From sequence record DRR723986_25809: a DNA stretch of 47,686 nucleotides, one strand, 5' to 3'. Position 1 is the first letter of the stretch, and each line of letters starts with the position of its first letter. Positions 9,905 to 18,965 of this stretch are shown here, piece by piece. The notes under the pieces are model-generated. The model was not told the origin of the DNA. It searched no databases and saw only the letters and a program-made list of their open reading frames with translations. The translations under genes were made by a program, and so were the position numbers.

Positions 9905-10753
9905 CTAGACTTTGGTAAGGACTACTGTACCACCATCTCCCCAAGTATTTGACCAAATAATGGTAATAGTACCATCCTCATTTACTACACCAGAGATAGT
10001 GAAAGGATCACCAAATCTATCTGCATTAGATGCAGAACCTGTTAGGACATCGCAGTTATCTCGGATAGATCCAGTTGGCTTTGAATCATTATAAAGACCA
10101 GGGTACATTCCAAAAGACATATCGTCCATATTGTACAAACCGGTACCTGCAACTCCAAACGACATCGTGCTAGCGGAAGCTATAACAAAATCTGTAGTTG
10201 TTTGATCTGCACCACCAGCTCCATCTCCGAGTTGGAGTTGCTCCCAGAAAACAGAGTAAGTACCAGCTAAATCTGAAGGACAGATAACACGAATAGCTAC
10301 AGTCAAAGAACCATAATTGGAAGAAACTTCTGCACCAGTAGCGCTAGTGATGTTCAAAATCAAATCAGGTGTCTCAGATGGATCAATATTCCCTGTTAAC
10401 ACGGTGACTGGTAAGTTAGAAACAAACTCACCAGAACCAATTGTTATAGATTTGGAATCCAATCTATAATGAACACCTTCAACTGCTGTTGAAGTAGGAT
10501 CTGCCTCTATATTAACTGTAATTGCAGCACTTCCTGAAGTAGAAACTCTGTTGATTTGAACATTCAACACATCTGTTTGCGAAGAATTCAATCTCACAAA
10601 GGATTGAGTCAATCCATTAGGAAGATTTGCAGCGTTGAACTCAACCTGATTTCCATCAAAGAAGGTATCAACACCCTGATCATCAAAACAAGCAGTGGTC
10701 GTCAGCGTAGCGACGAGCATTGCTAGAAATATATATATTTTATTGCTTTTCAT
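9905..10753 (-). CDS. Sus-locus surface lipoprotein (DUF4843/Calx-beta-like, SusE-positioned)
   Basis: Lipoprotein signal ending TTAC followed by acidic residues; STAVEGVHY Ig-like motif; directly after susD. Confidence 0.8.
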   Translation of the reverse strand: MKSNKIYIFLAMLVATLTTTACFDDQGVDTFFDGNQVEFNAANLPNGLTQSFVRLNSSQTDVLNVQINRVSTSGSAAITVNIEADPTSTAVEGVHYRLDSKSITIGSGEFVSNLPVTVLTGNIDPSETPDLILNITSATGAEVSSNYGSLTVAIRVICPSDLAGTYSVFWEQLQLGDGAGGADQTTTDFVIASASTMSFGVAGTGLYNMDDMSFGMYPGLYNDSKPTGSIRDNCDVLTGSASNADRFGDPFTISGVVNEDGTITIIWSNTWGDGGTVVLTKV

Positions 10754-10767
10754 TATTTTTTCCGGTT

Positions 10768-12198
10768 TTAGTTATAACCTGGGTTATCTACCAACAGCTC
10801 ATTTAATTGTACCTGATCCTGAGGAAGTGGGGCAAGAAGTCTATAATCCGAATAAGGAACTGGCTCATTGTCACCATGCTTAGTAATGGTAAGGCCATTT
10901 CTTTTTAGATCGAACCATCTATGACCTTCTACTGCAAATTCAAGTCTTCTTTCAGTCATAATCTGATTAAACAATGCATCTCCAGACAATTCGCCATCGA
11001 CTGCAGGCAATCCTCTGTTAGTTCTAAGAGCATTCAAATCTGATCGCGATCCAGCAGCATCACTAGTTCTAAATCTAGCCTCAGCTCTGATTAGGTAAAG
11101 CTCTGCAGCTCTAATAATCGGTAGATTTTCAAGAAAATCACCCTTAGTACCTAACCATTTGTTTGACCTGTAAACTGTTCCTGTTGCACCAGAACGAGTA
11201 GTCTCAGTCCAAGTATTTCGTCTTACGTCTCCTGTCTCATAGGCTGCAAGCAATTCGTTTGATGCAGTTACAATAAATTGCGCACTACTGAAAACATTAG
11301 CTGTAAGCGTACACATGGAGTTATTCACACCATCTACTGTTGACCAATCCACAGATCTGATTTCCACTTCAAATAGAGATTCAGGATTAGGATAAGTAGA
11401 AAAGCTTGACACATAATTAGCAGGTGTTGCTAGCCCAGTGCCATCATTCCCAAGGCCAAACGTAGCCATCGCTTGTGTTGCCATTGAGGCAGCTTCAGAA
11501 AATTTAGAATCATACAAATAAACTCTCGCAAGAAGCGCTTCAGCAGCTCCTTTGGTCACTCTATAAATACCTGCTGTTCCTTTTGCAGCTGATGGAAGTA
11601 AACCAATTGCAGTACTCAAGTCAGACTCAATCTGATCATAAACTTGTCTATTGGTAGATCTAGCTCTAAAATCTGCATCAGAAAAGCCTAAGGTAGGCTC
11701 AGTTCTGATAATCACAGAATTATTCCAACCATCTACCTCTTTACCTGGCTCATAGCCATAAACTTTAGCCAAATCGAAATAATATAAAGCTCTCAAGAAA
11801 AGAGCTTCACCTTTAATTCTATTCTTTCTGGTAGCGTCCCCTTCAACATCATCAATACCTGCAAGGATAATATTTGTCTCATTAATTGAACTATAATTAC
11901 CCCAAAGCGACATATGCGCTCTGTCTGCATTTACTTCCTGACCAATGTATCGACCTGTATTTGCGATAATTCTTAAATTATCAGCCATTATTTCAGGTGC
12001 AATCATTAACGTCTGTCCGTAAGCGCCAAACGCTCTTGCACCACCGTAAGATGCCGCCAATAGTGATTCATAACCATCCACATCTGAAAGTGCAGACTCT
12101 GGTGTTAAACTTTGTCTTGGTTCGGTTTCCAATAAATCTGAACAAGATGCCAGAGATAGTACAGATCCAAGCGCAATGATTTTTATATAATTTTTCAT
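10768..12198 (-). CDS. RagB/SusD family nutrient-uptake lipoprotein
   Basis: Lipobox LASC, GEALFLRALYYF, KGAAEALLARVYL, IRAAELYLIRAEA, ERRLEFAVEGHRWFDLKR, terminal NPGY. Confidence 0.95.
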   Translation of the reverse strand: MKNYIKIIALGSVLSLASCSDLLETEPRQSLTPESALSDVDGYESLLAASYGGARAFGAYGQTLMIAPEIMADNLRIIANTGRYIGQEVNADRAHMSLWGNYSSINETNIILAGIDDVEGDATRKNRIKGEALFLRALYYFDLAKVYGYEPGKEVDGWNNSVIIRTEPTLGFSDADFRARSTNRQVYDQIESDLSTAIGLLPSAAKGTAGIYRVTKGAAEALLARVYLYDSKFSEAASMATQAMATFGLGNDGTGLATPANYVSSFSTYPNPESLFEVEIRSVDWSTVDGVNNSMCTLTANVFSSAQFIVTASNELLAAYETGDVRRNTWTETTRSGATGTVYRSNKWLGTKGDFLENLPIIRAAELYLIRAEARFRTSDAAGSRSDLNALRTNRGLPAVDGELSGDALFNQIMTERRLEFAVEGHRWFDLKRNGLTITKHGDNEPVPYSDYRLLAPLPQDQVQLNELLVDNPGYN

Positions 12199-12210
12199 TC
12201 CTATTTCTAA

Positions 12211-15189
12211 TTAGAAGTTAAGATTGATACCAGCAGAAATCTGACGTGCATTTGGATATGCTCCGTAAGTACTTCCGATAGAGTTCGCCTCTGGATCAAT
12301 TCCGTTATACTTAGTAAAAGTCGCCAAATTCAACCCTTGAACGAATATAGAAGCGCTTGCCATACCTATTTTACTTGCAGTTGCAGCACCTAAAGTATAG
12401 TTTAATGTCACTTGCTTCAATCTTATATATCCTCCATCACTTATTAATCGAGTAGAGAATGTGTTGATATTTGAAGTCCCTGGTTCTTGACCGCCTTCAT
12501 AAGGTCTTCCTACAGTTGTGATATCGCCTGGTTGTGTCCAATAGTCTAACTGATCTACTGTCATATTACCCGTGCCAGATCCCCAGTTGGAAAGATTATA
12601 CAAATCTGAGTTGGTGGCTAAATTCCCGAACTGGTATTGGAAGAACACTTCAAGTGATACTGGTCCATAAGTGAAAGTATTAGAAAGTCCTCCGTAGCTA
12701 GAAGGCAAAACGCTTCCTCTGTAGTCCAAGGTACTTTGACCCGTCACATAAGTAAAATTCCCAGTTCCAGTCCCATCATCATACATCGCTCTACCATTTG
12801 CAGGGTTAACTCCCAAATATTTATTTGTATAGAAAAACGATATAGGTTTTCCAACAATCAAATCGTTACCAATACGATCTAGACCATCATAAAGTGATAT
12901 TAATTCATTCTCAAGGAAAGTGATATTGAAACCAGTGCTCCACTGGAATTTCCCTGCTACAACGTTCACTGTTTGCACATCAAGATCAATACCTTGGTTT
13001 CTTACTTCTCCTGAGTTTCTAGTGATTGATCCGAAACCTGAATCAGTAGGAAGCGGGGTATTAAATAGAAGTGCTTGAGAATTCTTTCTCCAAAACTCAA
13101 CAGTTGTGATAATTCTTCCATTGAACAAAGTTGCATCTAAACCGAGGTTGATAGATTCTGCTTCTTCCCAAGTCAATAGGTCATTACCCAATTGAGTCAA
13201 TGTCAATCCTCCTTGACCTAAATATTGTCCCGAAGACCCTACTAAAGATCTTGAAGCAAAATTGGCAATATCAGAGTTACCAGTTACCCCGTAGGATGCT
13301 CTTACTCTTAAGTTGTCCAACCAAGTAACATCCTGAAGGAATGCTTCAGAAGAAAGTCTCCATCCTGCAGAAACTGCATAGAAAGTACCCCATCTGTTTT
13401 GCTCACCAAATCTAGAGTGACCATCTCTTCTCAATGTAACGTCTGCTGTGTATCGGTCATCATAATCATATTTTGCCTGACCGAAGAAACCAGCTCTCTT
13501 GTATTCAGTGTATGAACTACCTACTGAGAATGGAGTAGCAGCATTATTTAAATAAATCAATGTAGGATTTGGGAATCCTCTACCAGTTGCAGTTTGCAAA
13601 TCAGACTGAGACCCTTTGTACTCAAAACCTAAGATACCGGACACAGTATGAACGTCGTTAAATTTCTTATTGAAATTAAAATTGTGGTTGGTATTTAAGT
13701 TTGTATTTCTTCTAGCTGTAAAAGTTGAAGCTCCTCCATAAGAAGAAAACACCGGAATCGTAGATGGTCTGTTATTGATATCCGCATTGTCGGAGAAATC
13801 AAGTCCAAAGTAAGAAGTCCAGCTTAACCATGGAGCAAATTGATAGTTCAACTGCAGGTTAGATACTGTCTGTACTGTTTTACCACTTCTCAATTCTTCG
13901 TATACACCTTGTACAATATTGTATCCAAACAGGTGATTTGATGGATAAGGGGCAAAAGTCCCATCCTCATTATAAATTGGAACATTAGGACGAGCTGAAA
14001 AACCAGCTACGAATGGACCATTTACAAAATTTCCTCTATCGATTGATCCATTTGTGTTTTGGAAAGCCAAAGAGAGATTAGCTGATACAGTTAGATTTTT
14101 AGTAGGTCTGTGAGTAACATTCAATCTACCCGTAGCTCTATCATAATCCGACATTTGAATTTGACCTTCCTGCTTAGTATATGACCCTGAAAGGAAGAAC
14201 GTAGTTTTCTCATCTCCTCCAGAGACAGAAATATCATAAACACTCAGTCTACCCTCTCTATAAAGGGCATCTAGCCAATCATAAGACTCAAGATTAGGAT
14301 CTTCTGGATTACCATAAGTCGCATCTGATCCAGAAGTAGCCAAACCACGGTTTTGGTAAGCTACTCTTTTGATTCCAGCCAATTGGGAGGCGTCCATCAC
14401 ATCATAAAGATTGATTGGCTGAACAATTCCTTCTTGAACAGAAACTTTAACTTGTGATTTACCTTTCTTACCTCTTTTAGTATTGATCAAAACAACACCA
14501 TTTGCAGCCTGAGCTCCATAAATTGCAGCAGCGGCTGCGTCTTTAAGAACTTCAATCGACTCGATGTCATTAGGGTTGATTGATGCTAGTGCGTTCTGGG
14601 AACCTTGGCCGGAAAGACCACCATTGTTTACCTGGACACCATCCACTATGTAAAGTGGATCATTACCGGCGTTGATAGAACCAACACCTCGGATTCTAAC
14701 ATTCAAAGTACCACCTGGCTGACCAGAAGTAGAAGTCACTTGAACACCAGCAACTCGACCTTGCATAGCACGGTCAAACGATTGAACTGGAAGATTTTCG
14801 AAGATTTCACCTTTTACAGATGAAATAGCCCCCGTAATCTCTCTTTTTGATTGATCTCCATATGATGTTACCACTACTTCGCTCAGGCTCTGAAAATCAG
14901 GCTGCAAAGTTACATCGATAACAGATTTTTGACCAATGTTGATTTCTTGAGTGGTTGTTCCAATGAAACTAATCACCAAAACTGTTCCACCATCGGGAAT
15001 GTTTAACGAATACTTGCCATCAAGATCTGTGGCAGTACCAACAGTAGTACCTTTAACGAGGACGGTTGCACCTGGGATTGGTTGACCATCTTCTGCTGAA
15101 GTTACTATTCCGGTTACTCTACGCCCCTGTGCAAATGCCACAGCACCTACCAGGAATAGCGAAAGCCCTAGGAGTAAAATTTTCTTCAT
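12211..15189 (-). CDS. SusC/RagA family TonB-dependent outer membrane transporter
   Basis: N-terminal carboxypeptidase-regulatory-like domain, plug motifs IRGVGS, PLYIVDG, NPNDIESIEVLKDAAAAAIYG, LTWEE, C-terminal YPNAR...GINLNF. Confidence 0.96.
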   Translation of the reverse strand: MKKILLLGLSLFLVGAVAFAQGRRVTGIVTSAEDGQPIPGATVLVKGTTVGTATDLDGKYSLNIPDGGTVLVISFIGTTTQEINIGQKSVIDVTLQPDFQSLSEVVVTSYGDQSKREITGAISSVKGEIFENLPVQSFDRAMQGRVAGVQVTSTSGQPGGTLNVRIRGVGSINAGNDPLYIVDGVQVNNGGLSGQGSQNALASINPNDIESIEVLKDAAAAAIYGAQAANGVVLINTKRGKKGKSQVKVSVQEGIVQPINLYDVMDASQLAGIKRVAYQNRGLATSGSDATYGNPEDPNLESYDWLDALYREGRLSVYDISVSGGDEKTTFFLSGSYTKQEGQIQMSDYDRATGRLNVTHRPTKNLTVSANLSLAFQNTNGSIDRGNFVNGPFVAGFSARPNVPIYNEDGTFAPYPSNHLFGYNIVQGVYEELRSGKTVQTVSNLQLNYQFAPWLSWTSYFGLDFSDNADINNRPSTIPVFSSYGGASTFTARRNTNLNTNHNFNFNKKFNDVHTVSGILGFEYKGSQSDLQTATGRGFPNPTLIYLNNAATPFSVGSSYTEYKRAGFFGQAKYDYDDRYTADVTLRRDGHSRFGEQNRWGTFYAVSAGWRLSSEAFLQDVTWLDNLRVRASYGVTGNSDIANFASRSLVGSSGQYLGQGGLTLTQLGNDLLTWEEAESINLGLDATLFNGRIITTVEFWRKNSQALLFNTPLPTDSGFGSITRNSGEVRNQGIDLDVQTVNVVAGKFQWSTGFNITFLENELISLYDGLDRIGNDLIVGKPISFFYTNKYLGVNPANGRAMYDDGTGTGNFTYVTGQSTLDYRGSVLPSSYGGLSNTFTYGPVSLEVFFQYQFGNLATNSDLYNLSNWGSGTGNMTVDQLDYWTQPGDITTVGRPYEGGQEPGTSNINTFSTRLISDGGYIRLKQVTLNYTLGAATASKIGMASASIFVQGLNLATFTKYNGIDPEANSIGSTYGAYPNARQISAGINLNF

Positions 15190-15253
15190 AAGTGATATGA
15201 TTTGGTTTATATTTACCCAATGATATTCTTATTGATGCAATATCGCAAAGCAG

Positions 15254-15273
15254 CAGGTTACATATTTAACCTG
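15254..15273. promoter_or_regulatory. Palindromic operator candidate upstream of susC
   Basis: CAGGTTA-N6-TAACCTG perfect 7-bp inverted repeat about 65 bp upstream of the susC ATG. Confidence 0.4.
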
Positions 15274-15668
15274 TAAATAGAGTTAAGAATTTAATATAAA
15301 TCTATTTTTTAAAGATTTAACAGAATTAAAATTGGATTCAATCAAAAAACAGCCAATTAACCAACTTTTGTTCTGTCATTCAAACGTTAACAAAAGTTAA
15401 TTTTTTGTAAAAATTATTTAACAATTAGGAAATTTTCTTAGGTTATTATTAAAACAATTTAAATTCCAAAATTTTCCTTTTATGCAGAATATTAATAATC
15501 ATAACACCGAAAATCATCTCTATTATTGCTTAAAACAGCAATTAAAAGAAATTTAAATTTGAATTGGTCAAAAAAATAAGACCTATAATAGCTCTATTAG
15601 TTTTAGAATTTACTAAATAGTTGGATTTAAGAGGGATTTTAGTAACAGAATATTAACATTCCCCCTTC

Positions 15669-17591
15669 TTATAATACCTTAATGGTGATTCTACGATTTA
15701 AAGCTTTGTTTTCAGGACTATCGTTTTTGACCATTGGATCCTTATCCCCTTTCCCCTCTACTATGACTCTTCCATGATGAAAACCTTGACTAGTAAGGTA
15801 TTCCTGAACACTTTTTGCGCGCTGTAAACTAAGTGTTTGATTATAATTTGCGCTACCCACATTGTCCGTATGTCCAATTATCAAAATATTAACATTTGGA
15901 TTTTCAGATAAAAATTTTACTAGCCTCTTCAGTGATGATATTGATTCCGGTTTTAAGCTATAATCATCAAATTCAAAAAATACATTTTCAAAAACGAACT
16001 CCTCCCCAGCTGCTACTGGAACAAGCTCTACTTTTAAATCTTTGACATTTTTAATATTGTCCCGCTCTACATTATAAATTTTTGGTAAATAACCTTTTTT
16101 CTCAACATAAAGGCCTGATATAGCTTTTTCAGGATAAATCATAGTAAATGCACCGGTCTTCCCGTCTGAATTGAATCGATAAAGCGTGCTGTCATTGACC
16201 AAAGAAACTAGCGATAAAGTAGCATCAATTGGTTCACCAGTTTCCGAATTAAATACTTTGCCTTCTGTCACGGTAAGATTTTCACCCAGTGAAATCTCCT
16301 CAGGAAATTTGAATCTATATAACAGAGACCTGTCATGTTCATTTTCTGAAGAAGTTAATTCCGTAAAGTACGCATAGTCCTTTTGAGCAGTAATAAATAA
16401 AGCAACCTGATCTAATTGATCGTTTATTGGCCATCCTAAATTTTCAGGCTTGGTAAACTCTCCATCCACTACTTTAGACAGCTGGATATCCATTCCACCA
16501 AAACCAGGATGACCATTAGATGAGAAAAAAAGAATCTCGTTATTAAAGAACATGAAAGGGGAAATTTCATCTTTTGGTGTATTTACCACATCCCCAAGAT
16601 TTTTAGCTTCGGACCAGCTTGCGTCATTTTGCATCACGCTATACCAAATATCATTTCCTCCAAATCCCCCCTTCCTATTTGATGAGAAAAACAAAATCCT
16701 ACCATCTGCAGATAAGGATGGTTGAGAGTCCCACGATCTCGAATTCACATTTTTCCCCATATTTCTTGGTCTTTGCCACATCCCATTGATCTTATATGCG
16801 ATATATAGGTCACAGCTTCCTTCTGAATCTGGAGCATCACATGAAGTGTAGATCAGGATATTCCCGTCTGCAGTGACCGAGCAGGTCCCCTCGTTATATG
16901 GTGAATTAATCGTTTGTGCTATACTCTGAGGTTTGGACCAATCTCCATCTGGAGAAACAAATGCCATAAAAATATCCTCTTTATCATTATTCCCTGTTCC
17001 GTCCCGTTTCGTGAAAAGTATCTGTTCACCATCCGCTGTCAATACAGGAAAATACTGTAGTCGAAACTCATTGAGAGGTTCCGGCAATTTCTCCTTTTCG
17101 ATTTGCCGAAAGTTCTCCAACTGATCAGCAAGAAACTCCATTTGGCTTTTCATTTCCAGATAATTAGGCAAACGGCGAAATGATGCGTCAAATAATGGGT
17201 CAGTGGCTGCAAATTCCTGATAAGCCTCCTTGAATCTACCTTGCTTCAAGTATACATGGGTCAGAACCCATCCCAAATCTGCCTTATGCTGAGTTGTGGC
17301 ATTCTTACCGGATAGCCGTGATTTTCCAGCAACAACGGTCTTCTCCGCATTATCTAATTCCCCCACCGTAATTTGAAGCTGGGCCAATTTTACATAGGCT
17401 TCTAAAAATGAAGCTTCTCTATTGATCGCATCCTGATATTTTTCAATAGCCGAATCGTATTGCCGAGAAAGGGTAAACTCTTCTGCCTCCCGATACAGCT
17501 TAATAGCCTTCCCATCAATGATCGAATAGCTTTGCGCATTTGCGAAAGATATTGTCAAAAAAAGAAGAATTCCGGCTAAAATTGGGCGCAT
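15669..17591 (-). CDS. OmpA-family protein with TPR, PD40 beta-propeller and C-terminal peptidoglycan-binding domain (PorE-like architecture)
   Basis: Signal peptide from ATG 17591 (MRPILAGILLF...ANA-Q); PD40 repeats (QPSLSADG, FFSSNR.GGFGG.DI); OmpA motifs GHTDNVG, LSLQRA, NRRI. Confidence 0.9.
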   Translation of the reverse strand: MRPILAGILLFLTISFANAQSYSIIDGKAIKLYREAEEFTLSRQYDSAIEKYQDAINREASFLEAYVKLAQLQITVGELDNAEKTVVAGKSRLSGKNATTQHKADLGWVLTHVYLKQGRFKEAYQEFAATDPLFDASFRRLPNYLEMKSQMEFLADQLENFRQIEKEKLPEPLNEFRLQYFPVLTADGEQILFTKRDGTGNNDKEDIFMAFVSPDGDWSKPQSIAQTINSPYNEGTCSVTADGNILIYTSCDAPDSEGSCDLYIAYKINGMWQRPRNMGKNVNSRSWDSQPSLSADGRILFFSSNRKGGFGGNDIWYSVMQNDASWSEAKNLGDVVNTPKDEISPFMFFNNEILFFSSNGHPGFGGMDIQLSKVVDGEFTKPENLGWPINDQLDQVALFITAQKDYAYFTELTSSENEHDRSLLYRFKFPEEISLGENLTVTEGKVFNSETGEPIDATLSLVSLVNDSTLYRFNSDGKTGAFTMIYPEKAISGLYVEKKGYLPKIYNVERDNIKNVKDLKVELVPVAAGEEFVFENVFFEFDDYSLKPESISSLKRLVKFLSENPNVNILIIGHTDNVGSANYNQTLSLQRAKSVQEYLTSQGFHHGRVIVEGKGDKDPMVKNDSPENKALNRRITIKVL

Positions 17592-17595
17592 GGAC

Positions 17596-18228
17596 TTAGG
17601 GTATGTCCATAAATTTATGAGTTTGAAGCGAAATTTTCCATTTTGGATGATTTTTTGCAAAATCTATAATCACAGGAGTAAATTTTTCAGCCTTACTCCA
17701 CTCTGGTTGTAAGCGCAATTCACAGCTGGAATTCACCTGCACAGCATGCTCTTCCGCAAAGGCAAAATCACTTTGATGAAATACTACAACCTTTAATTCA
17801 TCTGCTTCTGCGTAGATCGAAGGATGTGGCTTTTTGAACTTTTTGGGTGAAAAACAAACCCAATCAAAATCACCCGAAAAAGGATGTGCTCCGGAAGTCT
17901 CAATATTAGTAGTAAATCCCTTTTCCTTCAAAAGTGATGTCAAAGGTCCAAGATCATACAGTAGAGGCTCACCTCCTGTTATGACTACCAACCTCCCTGG
18001 GTAAGCCAAGGCATCCTCCACAATCCTTTCTATCGAAAGAACCGGCCACTTACCAGAATCCCATGACTCTTTTACATCACACCAAACACATCCTACATCA
18101 CAGCCTCCAAGCCGGATAAAATAAGCAGGATGCCCGGTAAATCTACCTTCCCCTTGTATGGTATAAAATGCCTCCATTAAAGGAAGCTCCAATCCTTTCG
18201 CCACTAACTCCTTTGTGTTCATATTCAT
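17596..18228 (-). CDS. queE: 7-carboxy-7-deazaguanine synthase (radical SAM); start 18228 or 18222
   Basis: FYTIQGEG, CDVGCVWCD (CxxxCxxC), VITGGEP, IETSG, SPK, SLQTHK. The ORF-track start at 18279 falls inside the promoter. Confidence 0.94.
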   Translation of the reverse strand: MNMNTKELVAKGLELPLMEAFYTIQGEGRFTGHPAYFIRLGGCDVGCVWCDVKESWDSGKWPVLSIERIVEDALAYPGRLVVITGGEPLLYDLGPLTSLLKEKGFTTNIETSGAHPFSGDFDWVCFSPKKFKKPHPSIYAEADELKVVVFHQSDFAFAEEHAVQVNSSCELRLQPEWSKAEKFTPVIIDFAKNHPKWKISLQTHKFMDIP

Positions 18229-18230
18229 CT

Positions 18231-18262
18231 GAATTTTTGGTAAAGCGGGCAATTGAACCGCT
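18231..18262 (-). promoter_or_regulatory. Candidate preQ1 class I riboswitch aptamer
   Basis: Minus strand AGCGG-UUCAAUUGC-CCGCU-UUACCAAAAAUUC: 5-bp P1, loop starting UUC and ending C, A-rich tail, loop AAUU complementary to tail AAUU; lies in the queE 5' UTR. Confidence 0.65.
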
Positions 18263-18276
18263 GGTGAATTATGCCG

Positions 18277-18284
18277 CAAAGGTA
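18277..18284 (-). promoter_or_regulatory. Bacteroidota primary-sigma -7 promoter element for queE
   Basis: TACCTTTG matches TAnnTTTG. Confidence 0.65.
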
Positions 18285-18356
18285 AGGTTTATGATTGAAA
18301 AACTCGAAGATTACAAAATTGTAATATTCCAAACTCGATTTATCAGTCCTTTAATT

Positions 18357-18797
18357 CTAGAAGCTTTTCCGCATCACTATTCTATAATCATCCTCTGACC
18401 CTTTTTTGATCACCTCCACAATCTTAAAACCTCTTCTCATCCCAAAATTGATCATGGCAGGAAACCTATTCCGTGTTTTGAAAAAGATCCGTGTAAATCC
18501 ATTTTCCTTAGCCCATAGCTCTTGCTTGTCAGCCAAAGCACGTGCAACACCTGCTTTCCTGAATTGAGGTATCACTCCTCCCATCCAGGAATAAAACATT
18601 TCTGGCTTGTTACTTTCATAACCAACTTTAAATCCAGCCAATTGGCCTTCTACTTCAGCTACCAAGACCAAATGCATCTTGAGCTTGAGTCGCTCTTCAT
18701 AAAAGCCACTCCCAATCTCCCCTGGAAACTCCGGAATCAGCCTATGGATATAATAAACATCTTCAATACTTCCTTTCCGAATAATCACATTTCCCAT
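18357..18797 (-). CDS. GNAT family N-acetyltransferase
   Basis: LAGFKVGY, YSWMGGV.PQFRKAGVA acetyl-CoA motif, KTRNRF..MI; ATG at 18797 preferred over 18818. Confidence 0.88.
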   Translation of the reverse strand: MGNVIIRKGSIEDVYYIHRLIPEFPGEIGSGFYEERLKLKMHLVLVAEVEGQLAGFKVGYESNKPEMFYSWMGGVIPQFRKAGVARALADKQELWAKENGFTRIFFKTRNRFPAMINFGMRRGFKIVEVIKKGSEDDYRIVMRKSF

Positions 18798-18921
18798 ATC
18801 ACACTTTTCCGTAAACAAATAAATCTATTAAAAACCTTTCCGTTATGTAAAAATGATTCGTTAAATAAACAGCAAGTCTTTATGAATTACGAATTTGAAC
18901 CACAAAGCCCATCAATTTTTC

Positions 18922-18929
18922 TATTTTTG
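18922..18929 (+). promoter_or_regulatory. -7 promoter element for leuS
   Basis: TATTTTTG matches TAnnTTTG, 36 bp upstream of the ATG. Confidence 0.55.
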
Positions 18930-18965
18930 CAGGCGTTCAGCTAAAAAACTAGAAAAAACACAATC

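Noticed and set aside
5117-18228. queD and queE as one queuosine operon split by insertion of the Sus locus
   Set aside because: Each has its own upstream region, there are no insertion scars, and the COG0720 motif is not QueD-type.
17592-18279. Long N-terminal extensions in the ORF track for the OmpA protein (17660) and QueE (18279); likewise the helicase (39504) and YeeE genes (46212, 46727)
   Set aside because: They overlap neighbouring genes or promoter elements, or add non-family sequence; downstream ATGs give proper signal peptides or family N-termini.
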